DNA from: an uncultured virus (IMG/VR IMGVR_UViG_3300045836_000189)
Lineage: Duplodnaviria; Heunggongvirae; Uroviricota; Caudoviricetes
Virus record (IMG/VR): IMGVR_UViG_3300045836_000189
Location: 116,296 to 136,295 of that record
DNA length: 20,000 nucleotides
Reading direction: 5' to 3' (one strand)
In this document: one piece after another, positions 1-8,042 of the stretch
Layout: every line of letters starts with the position of its first letter
Position numbering within the stretch: the stretch's first letter is position 1
Notes under the pieces: generated by a model
Told to the model about the DNA's origin: nothing
Databases searched by the model: none
Seen by the model: the letters and a program-made list of their open reading frames with translations, nothing else
Position numbers and translations under genes: made by a program

Positions 1-284
1 TCCTGGAATATTTTACTAGATCCATTGGCGGATTCCAGCTTCATTTGTGCAATAGCTACTTCCGGGTACTTGACGTGTAGCTGTCTTAAATAATCACGAA
101 CCTTGATCTCAGAAAAGGGGTCATTGAGATCATAGACGATCTGGGTGCTTACGCTCTGTTGTGTAACTGTCCTAGGTTCCTGGAACCTGGCTGTATAGGC
201 TATGTAGCTAAAGCCTATCAGAAAAACAGTAAGGGTGGTAATAGTTACAGTGTCTTTTAAAGAGATTTTCTTAAATAAATTCAT
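1..284 (-). CDS. GH73-like glucosaminidase/peptidoglycan hydrolase with N-terminal membrane anchor (partial, runs off window start)
   Basis: Not in ORF track. My translation from ATG at 284 is MNLFKKISFKDTVTITTLTVFLIGFSYIAYTARFQ...LHVKYPEVAIAQMKLESANGSSKIFQ, open to the window edge. YPEVAIAQMKLES resembles the GH73 'AQAILES/T' catalytic-Glu motif. Confidence 0.7.
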   Translation of the reverse strand, partial: MNLFKKISLKDTVTITTLTVFLIGFSYIAYTARFQEPRTVTQQSVSTQIVYDLNDPFSEIKVRDYLRQLHVKYPEVAIAQMKLESANGSSKIFQ

Positions 285-329
285 TAGGGATTAGGGTTAG
301 TGAACAAATGCTTTCCCGGTCAGGAAAGT

Positions 330-403
330 TGGCACGGGCAGACAGACTCGAACTGCCAATCTCCCCCTCAAATGGGGTGTCCTATCCATTAGACGATACC
401 CGT
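330..403 (-). tRNA. tRNA-Gln(TTG)-like, atypical anticodon arm
   Basis: Reverse complement: ACGGGTA TC GTCT AATGGATA GGAC A CCCC ATTTGAG GGGG AGATT GGCAG TTCGAGT CTGTC TGCCCGT G CCA. It has a 7-bp acceptor stem, D arm, TTCGA T-loop and encoded CCA; the anticodon stem is only 4 bp. Confidence 0.75.
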
Positions 404-410
404 GTGTAGT

Positions 411-433
411 AAGCCCGGATCACTCCGGGACTT
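411..433 (-). other. GC-rich hairpin between CDS and tRNA (terminator or processing site)
   Basis: AAGTCCCGGA-GTGA-TCCGGGCTT inverted repeat on the minus strand; no strong U-tract. Confidence 0.4.
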
Positions 434-438
434 AAAGC

Positions 439-726
439 TTATTTTACCTGGAAGACGGTACCACCAATCCTTACGGAACGGAGGGTACGGGGATCCACGT
501 TTTTGAATGATTTGGTTCTGGTCTCCTTAACAGGGAGGTAACCAAGGTTGGTCAGGGTCTGACCTTTGGCCACTTTACAGTTCATGGTGCGTTCCTCTTC
601 ATTTTTCTTCTGAAAGGTCACAGTCAGGAACCGGCCATTGGACTGGTATCTCATCAGATCTACCAGTGCAGTACGTGATACTTTTTGAATGCTTGGAGCT
701 GTCTGCTCCATTTGTTTGGTTGCCAT
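439..726 (-). CDS. Phage protein, probable Sm/SH3-like beta-barrel (DUF2693/WYL_2-like)
   Basis: FLTVTFQKKNEEERTM...SFKNVDPRTL pattern resembles phage 'FxKKDGxxRxM...WRSF' barrel proteins; A-rich start context. Confidence 0.5.
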   Translation of the reverse strand: MATKQMEQTAPSIQKVSRTALVDLMRYQSNGRFLTVTFQKKNEEERTMNCKVAKGQTLTNLGYLPVKETRTKSFKNVDPRTLRSVRIGGTVFQVK

Positions 727-759
727 AAGGATTTGAATTATTGATTTTTACTTGGTTGA

Positions 760-1062
760 TTAGTCCTCATCATAGAGGATAGTGAACAACATTTTTTCTT
801 CTAACTTCTCCAGCCCCGCATCCAGTTCACCGAAGATGCTGTCCAGGCTGGACATTGACTCATTATTGGCCCATTCCACACGGTATCCCTTTCCCAGTTT
901 TTCGTTATACTTCTTGTCCCAGTCATCTATGTGATAAGTGTATTTGGTTCCGGCAGTACCTACTTTTCCGTAGGTTGCCACGAACTGATTTCCACTAATC
1001 TCTTCCATTTCATAGAACTTATGACTGGAACCGTCCTTAAAAACGAGTCTTGCTTTTTTCAT
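760..1062 (-). CDS. WGR-domain protein with shared C-terminal helix
   Basis: SSHKFYEM...TYGKVGTAG...KKYNEKLGKGY is a typical WGR signature (YGK variant); tail FGELDAGLEKLEEKM. Confidence 0.85.
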   Translation of the reverse strand: MKKARLVFKDGSSHKFYEMEEISGNQFVATYGKVGTAGTKYTYHIDDWDKKYNEKLGKGYRVEWANNESMSSLDSIFGELDAGLEKLEEKMLFTILYDED

Positions 1063-1063
1063 T

Positions 1064-1552
1064 TTACTGCTTGTATATAACTACTGTGACATCACAGTAC
1101 GGAGCCAGTTCCTTCTGGATGATCTCTTTGATCCGATTCCAATCCCCACCGGCAAGTCCGGCACCGATCTGTGGTAGCCCTACACGCTTTTGAAAATAGC
1201 GTGAGGCCAGCTTACGCATAACCAGGGTCAGTGCCTCATAGTCAATATCTCCCTTGGGATTGCCATAACCAAACTGGGTGTAGGCATTCACTACATCCAG
1301 GAAGGATGTCTTGGGAGAGCTTCGGGCATCCAGTACAAACCGCATGGCTTCTATCTGTCCTATCTTATTTACGTCCCCTTTGTACTCCTTGGCTTCCATC
1401 GGATAGGTATCCGTAGCAAAGGCAGCTACCATCTGGGTAGCCAGTCCTTTTTTCTGTGTACAGAAACAGTTGCAGCCATGGGCTATGGCATCAAAGTGAC
1501 CTTCCCTGGCCAGGGTTATGAGGTTTCCCTCTACTTCATTGTATGTCCCCAT
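1064..1552 (-). CDS. Macrodomain (ADP-ribose binding/hydrolase, T4 Tk.4-like)
   Basis: EGNLI, IAHGCNCF..GLA, VVNAYTQ and PQIGAGLAGGDWNRIKEII are macrodomain motifs. Confidence 0.9.
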   Translation of the reverse strand: MGTYNEVEGNLITLAREGHFDAIAHGCNCFCTQKKGLATQMVAAFATDTYPMEAKEYKGDVNKIGQIEAMRFVLDARSSPKTSFLDVVNAYTQFGYGNPKGDIDYEALTLVMRKLASRYFQKRVGLPQIGAGLAGGDWNRIKEIIQKELAPYCDVTVVIYKQ

Positions 1553-1595
1553 AGTGTAAGTTGTTCCGGTTGACCACCACCGGAAGGAGTTAAGG

Positions 1596-2651
1596 TTATA
1601 CCATGAACCGATAAGGAGCTGTGAATTTCAGGACGATCTTATGGAATGGAGGATCGTCTGTCTGACTACCATTGTACTCAATAAGCAGGTCTTTCTCTTC
1701 CTGAGTAACTTTACATTCAGCAAGCCTTACCTGGCAGCGGTAATTATTTACTTCCGGTTCTATATCATTATCTGCATCAAAGCCCTCTGGTAATTTTGGA
1801 TACTTACTACGGTTAAATAAGAACATTTCGGTATCCCCGGATATTTCTACAAAGGATTGCCACTCCCACTTGCCGTCTACCAGCTCATTTACTTCGTATC
1901 TCCGATTGGTGCTCTCCAGGTTCAGGTGGGCAGCACAGGCTATAGCATCTTCATTAAAAAGATTCATCTCTTTAATAAGATTTACCAGCAGGTCAAACGT
2001 CTGCATGTTGGTTTTCCGGAAAAATTTAAAGATGGAAGCCTTGTGTGCTTTGTTTACCAGCAAGTCATCTATTACTTCATTCATAGTGGCTTCATCCAGA
2101 TCCGTGTAATCCTTACGGTATTTAACCCTGTTTAGCCTGTTCATGAGGAAGTTATTGATCTTCATCTCATTAACAGTCAGCAGGAATATAAACCGGGTAG
2201 GATAGTTCCCATCCATCAAAAGAAGTAAATCATTACTCTTATCACCATTGGGATAGATCTTTTCAAATTCATCAATGAAGATGATAGCATCCGGATACTG
2301 GGTCAGGTAGTCAATAAAGTCACTACCAAAGAATGGTTCAGTAATCATGATTACCGGCTTACCGGAATCAATACAGAACTTCTGGGCAGTAATGGTTTTA
2401 CCAGAGCCTTTTAGTCCGGAAAGAATGATACCCATGTTTTTCTCCGAGTTGTGCTCGTATGATTTCATCCACCGCTCAATAATGCTTTGGTCTCCGTAAA
2501 TTTTTTTAGGGAGTCTGAAATTCTCTTTCTGCACCAGGTAGTAACCATCCCTGGGATCAAACTTCAGCATGTAATTACCCGGAGGCAGGGAATCATGAGT
2601 GTTGGATACGTTTGCTGTCTTAAAGACACCATTTGATTCAATGATTTTCAT
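1596..2651 (-). CDS. AAA+ ATPase (phage, single AAA module)
   Basis: Walker A GLKGSGKT, Walker B IIFIDEFEK, LLLMDG and NRLNR motifs. Start placed at ATG 2651 (MKIIESN) rather than GTG 2708, which lies inside a hairpin. Confidence 0.85.
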   Translation of the reverse strand: MKIIESNGVFKTANVSNTHDSLPPGNYMLKFDPRDGYYLVQKENFRLPKKIYGDQSIIERWMKSYEHNSEKNMGIILSGLKGSGKTITAQKFCIDSGKPVIMITEPFFGSDFIDYLTQYPDAIIFIDEFEKIYPNGDKSNDLLLLMDGNYPTRFIFLLTVNEMKINNFLMNRLNRVKYRKDYTDLDEATMNEVIDDLLVNKAHKASIFKFFRKTNMQTFDLLVNLIKEMNLFNEDAIACAAHLNLESTNRRYEVNELVDGKWEWQSFVEISGDTEMFLFNRSKYPKLPEGFDADNDIEPEVNNYRCQVRLAECKVTQEEKDLLIEYNGSQTDDPPFHKIVLKFTAPYRFMV

Positions 2652-2747
2652 ATAATTATCTGTACGGATTAATGGAGTGACAAAACAATAGCCGGTAGCG
2701 GTCACCACCGGCTATAAATAGTTTAAATGATGGTTAGTGTTACAGGC

Positions 2748-3536
2748 TTAGAGGCTTACCTCTTTAGTCTGTTTTTTCTCTGCAGGTGCAGTGATAAAGT
2801 GGGCATACCGGGTAAAGAAATCCTTTACCTTCTGCTCATCTATGCATTCTGCAGCAATAGTTTGTTTCTGCTTTCCGATGTAACGGAGCATGACATTGTG
2901 GTCATAGGCTTTGCCCAAAGATCTTACTGTGTTCACAAACTCCTGGATGAAGTACTTTTGACAAGTCCTTCCCATCTCCGGCATGAGTTTCATCACTTCT
3001 GATGTCTGGGAAACCAATAGTTCAGCAGGGCCCTCATTCACAACGGTAAAGGTTCCGGTCTTCAGGGCTGAGTTGATACGGTGACCGAAGAAAAAGCCTG
3101 TATTGCTTAAGATACCTGCTGCTATGGTGATCTCTATATCATACTTGTTATAGATAACCATCAGCTTGCGGTAGTCCGGCTTAATACTGCTCCAGGCATG
3201 GATGTAATCATCCAGCTTCCAGGATTTGGAGCTTGAGTTTAAAAGAGCAATGGTCTTCACCAGGTCCTCATAATTACTGATGCCATGGATGGTCACATAG
3301 GGAATATCTATACCCAGTGCCATACAAGCTTCATACTTGTGCTGGCCTTCTATGATATAGGTTTCCTTCTTTCCGGTAATAAAGCTCAGTTCTGCTACAA
3401 TGATTGCCTGAAGCATCCCTATTTCAGAGATGGATTTTTTCAGCTTGGCAATGTGTGCAGGGGCTGTTTCACGGTTGATCCCAACTAACTTCTTGAAGCC
3501 CTTCTTGGAATCCTTTTTGAGAATTTGGATGTTCAT
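2748..3536 (-). CDS. ParB N-terminal-like domain protein
   Basis: INR...HIAKLKKSISEIGMLQAIIV...YIIEGQHKYEAC resembles the ParB/Srx 'IIDGQHR' family; followed by 'WKLDDYI'. Confidence 0.7.
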   Translation of the reverse strand: MNIQILKKDSKKGFKKLVGINRETAPAHIAKLKKSISEIGMLQAIIVAELSFITGKKETYIIEGQHKYEACMALGIDIPYVTIHGISNYEDLVKTIALLNSSSKSWKLDDYIHAWSSIKPDYRKLMVIYNKYDIEITIAAGILSNTGFFFGHRINSALKTGTFTVVNEGPAELLVSQTSEVMKLMPEMGRTCQKYFIQEFVNTVRSLGKAYDHNVMLRYIGKQKQTIAAECIDEQKVKDFFTRYAHFITAPAEKKQTKEVSL

Positions 3537-3544
3537 AGTTTATA

Positions 3545-3850
3545 CTAATTGTTACTTGTTTGCTTGTCTTTAAGCATTTGGCTGAGATCCTCCCCATATT
3601 CCTTGTTAAGTGCCTTGTGAATAGCCTCTTCCATGCTAATACAGTATTCAGTGGCATCAATACAGGCCAGGAACAGGGCTACTATACCTAAATCCATGGT
3701 GATGGCCGCTACCTTGTCACAGAGTCTTTCTATGAAATGAGTAGCAGTCCAGTGCCAGCCATAAATAATTTGAAACAAGATTGTTTCAGCAATGCTGAAG
3801 TAAAGGCCCCATTTGGTAAGCCATACTCCTATTTTCAGTTTGGTCTTCAT
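3545..3850 (-). CDS. Hypothetical membrane protein
   Basis: Two hydrophobic segments; ATGA overlap with the upstream gene. Confidence 0.7.
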   Translation of the reverse strand: MKTKLKIGVWLTKWGLYFSIAETILFQIIYGWHWTATHFIERLCDKVAAITMDLGIVALFLACIDATEYCISMEEAIHKALNKEYGEDLSQMLKDKQTSNN

Positions 3851-4377
3851 GATACGGTTACGTGATTAAGTTCTTTCCACCGGGCAACGACAGACCTGCC
3901 AAGGTCCGTGTCCCACAGGACTGAATAATGAATATTGTCTTTTGCAGTATCCTGGTCTCTCTTACAGCACGCTTCCCTTCCCTGTTCCGGTTTAAGACCC
4001 AGGTCATGCAGACCACAGAGATTATCCTCTGTAAGCATGATACATTTTCCACTTGGATTCAGGGGAGCGTACCTGCCTCCGGTATGTTCGGACTTGTATT
4101 TCTTCTCCTCACCGGTTGCCCTGGCAATCATGGAGAGCATCATACTGAACATATCTGCCAGTTCACTATCTCCAAGACCCATATCTTCCGGGTAAATAGC
4201 CATGGTCAGCACATGTATATCATGCTTACCTTCTCCAATACCGTGATAGACATCACGCTGGATGAGTCCTGCATATCCGGCATCCAGAAGCTTTGAAAAT
4301 TCTTCCGGAGTACCCCAGCAGGGACGTTTATAACACATAGCTACTCCCTTAGAGCAGCCCGTACAGGTAACTCCCAT
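3847..4377 (-). CDS. Cys-rich metal-binding protein (YkgJ/CxxCxxCC-like)
   Basis: CTGC...C...PC at the N-terminus; CIML-x4-LCGLH...KP...CC at the C-terminus. Confidence 0.6.
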   Translation of the reverse strand: MGVTCTGCSKGVAMCYKRPCWGTPEEFSKLLDAGYAGLIQRDVYHGIGEGKHDIHVLTMAIYPEDMGLGDSELADMFSMMLSMIARATGEEKKYKSEHTGGRYAPLNPSGKCIMLTEDNLCGLHDLGLKPEQGREACCKRDQDTAKDNIHYSVLWDTDLGRSVVARWKELNHVTVS

Positions 4378-4421
4378 TACATTTAATAAGTTTAACGGTA
4401 AGACTTACAAACCTGTGAGGT

Positions 4422-4682
4422 TTACTTCAGTATCACAGTGACACTGGTAGACCTCTGGTCCAATTGTGATCGGGTTATGATACCAGCTGCTTTCAATTCC
4501 TTCAGCCAGCGTTTAATGGTTGAATGACCCGCATTCAACTCATCAGATAGACGGTTGATACCTGGATTACAGGTGTTGGTGATGCTGTCTTTGTAACAGC
4601 ATAATAGTGCATAGAGGCTTTTTGCTCCGGGAGACAAGGAAGGATCAGCCAATACTTCTTTACTGACCTTGCCAAAACCCAT
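4422..4682 (-). CDS. Standalone winged HTH protein (HTH_36/replication-initiator N-terminal-like)
   Basis: LSPGAKSLYALL...CNPGINRLSDELNAGHSTIKRWLKELKAAGII. Confidence 0.8.
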   Translation of the reverse strand: MGFGKVSKEVLADPSLSPGAKSLYALLCCYKDSITNTCNPGINRLSDELNAGHSTIKRWLKELKAAGIITRSQLDQRSTSVTVILK

Positions 4683-4706
4683 AAAAGTGTGATTAAAATG
4701 GGTGAC

Positions 4707-5333
4707 CTATTGATCACCCATGTCTGGATCTTTTCCAAAAAGTTTTCCCAGCAGCTCATTGAGGTTGCCTTTAACACCGGACTTCTTCATACTCTGAATT
4801 TCAGAATCAATCTGGTCCATTTTGTCTTTGGGGCAAACCTTTTCTATGAACTTATCCCAGGTAAAATTGCTGTCCTTGATAGCTTTGATGGCCATTTGGA
4901 TAGGAGTATACCGTGATTTGGTAAACATATCCTCAATAACCATCCTCAGTCCTCTGACGAATTTATCCTGAGCATCCTCTTCCTTCTTGTCTCCCTCCGG
5001 CTTCTTTTCGGATTTTTTGTTCTCCATTGCCTCAAGCTCTTCATAGAGCCCCAGCACTTCTGAACGGACATCCCTGAAGATCAATAGACAATAGGTCTGC
5101 TCTTCCGGGGTTCTCAGATGAGAAAAGGCCAGGTCAAGAGTGCCTGTTGCAGTGGTCAGCTCATCCGGAGCCTCATCCGGGCTGTCATACAGGTCTTTAA
5201 CCAGCATCCTGGCGGACAATGCCTCAAACAGGATGGCATTGCTCACAAAGTTTCTCTGATAGAAAGAGAGACCCAGGGAATCTTCCCAGTTCTCTGCTTT
5301 GTGGTTCAATTTGGGTAGGATTAGCTTTTGCAT
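4707..5333 (-). CDS. Hypothetical protein
   Basis: 208-aa ORF with A-rich start, collinear with neighbours. Confidence 0.75.
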   Translation of the reverse strand: MQKLILPKLNHKAENWEDSLGLSFYQRNFVSNAILFEALSARMLVKDLYDSPDEAPDELTTATGTLDLAFSHLRTPEEQTYCLLIFRDVRSEVLGLYEELEAMENKKSEKKPEGDKKEEDAQDKFVRGLRMVIEDMFTKSRYTPIQMAIKAIKDSNFTWDKFIEKVCPKDKMDQIDSEIQSMKKSGVKGNLNELLGKLFGKDPDMGDQ

Positions 5334-5351
5334 GTTCTTTTAAAGATTGGG

Positions 5352-5382
5352 TAAAAATAATAAGATTCTGTAGAATACCAAA
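5352..5382 (-). promoter_or_regulatory. Putative Bacteroidota-type sigma70 promoter
   Basis: Minus strand reads TTTG-19 nt-TATTTTTA, matching the -33 TTTG / -7 TAnnTTTG consensus with one mismatch, about 18 nt upstream of ATG 5333. Confidence 0.4.
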
Positions 5383-5424
5383 AAACTTCTACAGTTTAAA
5401 CCTAAAAAATTTGTAGAGTTAGGC

Positions 5425-5844
5425 TTATTTGGACAGCTCTTTCACCAGCCTGTCAATGATTTGCTCAGAGGTTTCACCGGCCTCATTCTGGAAATGCTCT
5501 ACAAGAATCCGGTCTTTCAGATCCTCTACGTCTACATTTTTTCCAGCAGCCTGGAAATTCGGAGTATAATATCCTTGTTCATCTCTGCTGTATCCAAATC
5601 CGGTTACCTGAACATCTTTAGTGGTGAATGCTTTTACAAAAGCTGCTTTGGTATCTTGTACTTTTTGAGCGGCAGCCTTAATTACAGCTTTTTCATCATC
5701 CACAGCTTTCTTATAAGCTTTATACTCTTTTGAAGACTGGTAGCTTTTCTTTACAGCTTCCACATTTGCTCTCTGAGCTTCTTCAATTCTGTTTTTTACT
5801 TGGTTAGCTAAGGCTTTAGCTACGGGTACGGTTAACTTTTTCAT
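5425..5844 (-). CDS. Hypothetical helical protein
   Basis: 139-aa K/A-rich ORF; start context TAAAAAAACCAAAATG. Confidence 0.75.
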   Translation of the reverse strand: MKKLTVPVAKALANQVKNRIEEAQRANVEAVKKSYQSSKEYKAYKKAVDDEKAVIKAAAQKVQDTKAAFVKAFTTKDVQVTGFGYSRDEQGYYTPNFQAAGKNVDVEDLKDRILVEHFQNEAGETSEQIIDRLVKELSK

Positions 5845-5878
5845 TTTGGTTTTTTAATAAGAATGGATTATTAATTAG

Positions 5879-6220
5879 TTATTTCAGCTGTTCAGCTAAT
5901 TGGTCAAGAGCTTTGTCAATTTCCTCTATATAGTTAGTAGCATAAGAGAGGGCCTGAAACCTCTTACGGCAATAGTATCCGGCACCAAGTCCCAGGTTCT
6001 CATCATTGGTGATATTATCCCAATGGACGTATACAATGGTTCCTTTTTTCTTTTTTCCAAATGTATTTTGGTCTACATAGTTCGGACCTATGGCTGTGAT
6101 GGTGCCCTCCGTAACGTTGGCATAATGACCAGTGAAATATCCGGGAGCTTTCCCCCAGTCTGGTCCTTTTGTTACCCGGTCTCCAATACTTGCTTCCGGG
6201 GCATAAACAGGCTTGTTCAT
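5879..6220 (-). CDS. MIB/HERC2-like (SH3-fold) protein with shared C-terminal helix
   Basis: IGDRVTKGPDW...GTIT...VYVHWDN; tail IEEIDKALDQLAEQLK. Confidence 0.7.
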   Translation of the reverse strand: MNKPVYAPEASIGDRVTKGPDWGKAPGYFTGHYANVTEGTITAIGPNYVDQNTFGKKKKGTIVYVHWDNITNDENLGLGAGYYCRKRFQALSYATNYIEEIDKALDQLAEQLK

Positions 6221-6516
6221 GATTTTTGTAGTTTTTCTTCCAGCTTATCAAGGGCTTCTGTGAGTTCATCCAGGGACGGAGGTTCATCAAGGTAATACAG
6301 GTCATAATAACCAGCATGTCCCACTCTGTAATTCCAAATAACCTTGGAGCCTTCCCACTGTACATCTGCCCAAAAGCCTGTACTAATTGATTCGCTCACA
6401 AGGGTGCCTGTTCCTGTACCTCCTCCATGTATATCCTGGTCACCCCATTCCCAGTCTCTACCCCGTTTTACACGAGCTCCTTTCCTGTAGTTCTCAGGAG
6501 TTACCGGTATCTTCAT
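6217..6516 (-). CDS. MIB/HERC2 domain protein with shared C-terminal helix
   Basis: GARVKRGRDWEWGDQDIHGGGTGTGT...WADVQWEG...NYRVGHAGYYDL closely follows the recalled MIB/HERC2 consensus; tail LDELTEALDKLEEKL. Start placed at ATG 6516, after AAGGAG. Confidence 0.85.
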   Translation of the reverse strand: MKIPVTPENYRKGARVKRGRDWEWGDQDIHGGGTGTGTLVSESISTGFWADVQWEGSKVIWNYRVGHAGYYDLYYLDEPPSLDELTEALDKLEEKLQKS

Positions 6517-6811
6517 CACTGCTCCTTTCCAGCTTGGAAGCAAGCCTGTTCAGAGCAGCTTCAATATCCTTAAACTCTACTTCGGGGTAGATCAGAGGAA
6601 TCTTTCCAGACTTTATCTGGTACCCTGGCCATATCCCTTTGGCAAGCTGTGGAAATCCTTTCCATTTTACCTGGATGATTTCTGAGTACTTGTGGATCTC
6701 TACAATCCTGCCCTTTTTTACTCCTTTAAACCGGGAATCGTGAGGTCCCCAGTCCGGACCGGGAGCCACTATGTCTCCAATTTTGGCAGTATTAACGTTA
6801 ACTGGTTTCAT
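6494..6811 (-). CDS. MIB/HERC2-like protein with shared C-terminal helix
   Basis: IGDIVAPGPDW...GRIVEI...IQVKW; tail FKDIEAALNRLASKL. Confidence 0.7.
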   Translation of the reverse strand: MKPVNVNTAKIGDIVAPGPDWGPHDSRFKGVKKGRIVEIHKYSEIIQVKWKGFPQLAKGIWPGYQIKSGKIPLIYPEVEFKDIEAALNRLASKLERSSDEDTGNS

Positions 6812-7112
6812 GATTTATCCTTTCTTGCTTTTCAATGAGTTTCTCCACTTCCTGGAATAAGGTTGTTAAATCCTCTGTAGTTGAATCATAGACTGACAGT
6901 TCGTATTTTCCCGCCGCTCCAATTCGGTAAGAATAGTTGAATCCTCCTGGTTTCCACCTCACATCAGCATACCATCCGGCAATGTCATCACATACTTCGG
7001 TAATAATACCATACTGACTAACACCAACGTGATGATTCTCCGAATGATTCCAATCAGGGCCTTTGCAGACTTTCATGCCTACAAAAGCATTTTCATGCGT
7101 CACCTTTTCCAT
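6798..7112 (-). CDS. MIB/HERC2-like protein
   Basis: VGMKVCKGPDW...GIITEV...ADVRW...YSYRIGAAGKYEL; tail LTTLFQEVEKLIEK. Confidence 0.8.
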   Translation of the reverse strand: MEKVTHENAFVGMKVCKGPDWNHSENHHVGVSQYGIITEVCDDIAGWYADVRWKPGGFNYSYRIGAAGKYELSVYDSTTEDLTTLFQEVEKLIEKQERINHETS

Positions 7113-7714
7113 AGAACTTTACTCATCAGATACAGTGTTTCTATAAATATCCTGGGGATACTCAGCAGGAACTTCTTGATCTTCCTGGGAAGACGTAGCA
7201 GCCAGGCTATCAGGTTACCATGCTTTTTACCCAGCATGATGTCTGCCTGGATCTGGTCCAGTCCATCCATGATCTGTTCAATGGTCTCCTGTTTCTTCTC
7301 CACTGTAGATTCAGATACATCTTCTGCTGGAAGGGTAGCACCTGTGTAAACAGGTTTTGAGAAAGAGGAAGATTTACCATGTGCAGCCAGGAAGTTATCT
7401 TTGTATTCCTGCCATTGATCCACGGTTGGGAATCCTTTTCCAGGAGAAAGTTCCTGTTCATAAACATGCCTTAAATCATGCCGTGAACTGAGTCCTGTTC
7501 TATATTTAGCTGACTTTCCATTATCCCATTCTACTTCACAGTACAAGCCGTTCTTAAACACAATAACAATAGTCCCCATGGTTCCGGGAAGCATCTCATA
7601 TATAGTGAAGGGAAAGTCAAAAGTGGTATCCCTGAACCAATCGGGGCCACCCGCCATTACTCTTAGTCCGACTCTTACTTCATCATAGCGTACAGGATCT
7701 CCTGGTTTTAACAT
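7100..7714 (-). CDS. MIB/HERC2-like protein with C-terminal extension
   Basis: VGLRVMAGGPDW...GTIV...CEVEWDNGKSAKYRTG...HDL; helix IEQIMDGLDQIQADI, then a basic amphipathic tail. Confidence 0.75.
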   Translation of the reverse strand: MLKPGDPVRYDEVRVGLRVMAGGPDWFRDTTFDFPFTIYEMLPGTMGTIVIVFKNGLYCEVEWDNGKSAKYRTGLSSRHDLRHVYEQELSPGKGFPTVDQWQEYKDNFLAAHGKSSSFSKPVYTGATLPAEDVSESTVEKKQETIEQIMDGLDQIQADIMLGKKHGNLIAWLLRLPRKIKKFLLSIPRIFIETLYLMSKVLWKR

Positions 7715-8040
7715 TGGTTTCCTCCTTTCTGCTCTGCCACTTTAAGCAGGAGCAGATCCAGATTAAAATAGATTTGTTCAATAACAGGGAGCTGCTTCAC
7801 CAGATTCCTGGGAAGGTCTCTAATGGATACCTTGAAGTACTTATTCTTCCTGTTATTCTTACAGCCCCAGGCATACTTGATTTCTTCAAACCTGAGTTTT
7901 TTGTTGTGTGTGATCTCTTTAACTGTCAGCACCTGTCCCGGCTTTACCCAGGACTGCTCACAGTCATTTAGTATTTTGATTTTGCAGCCTATAAGGGACT
8001 GGCTGATTTCAGGATGGATAAGATCTTCATAAGTAGCCAT
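7708..8040 (-). CDS. Hypothetical beta-rich protein (paralog of 8043..8351)
   Basis: LIGCKIKILN...GQVLTV...EI...WGCKNN...YFKV; tail IEQIYFNLDLLLLKV. Confidence 0.7.
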   Translation of the reverse strand: MATYEDLIHPEISQSLIGCKIKILNDCEQSWVKPGQVLTVKEITHNKKLRFEEIKYAWGCKNNRKNKYFKVSIRDLPRNLVKQLPVIEQIYFNLDLLLLKVAEQKGGNQC

Positions 8041-8042
8041 AA

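Noticed and set aside
5366..5420. TTCTAC...GTAGA stems (also at 10404-10424) resembling Cas12a direct repeats
   Set aside because: No repeat-spacer periodicity, wrong loop lengths and no cas genes; better explained as terminator or regulatory hairpins.
3545..5844. Helical C-termini of 3545, 4707 and 5425 as further members of the shared tag
   Set aside because: They are amphipathic but do not fit the L-[DEN]-x-L-x-x-K-L spacing well enough to include.
7708..7735. QKGG / LKGG near the ends of tagged proteins (7708 and 19492), resembling the Pup or ubiquitin C-terminal GG
   Set aside because: Neither is terminal. The codons coincide with purine-rich SD-like sequence (AAAGGAGG, AAAGGGGG) just upstream of the overlapping next start, and the other eight tails lack it.
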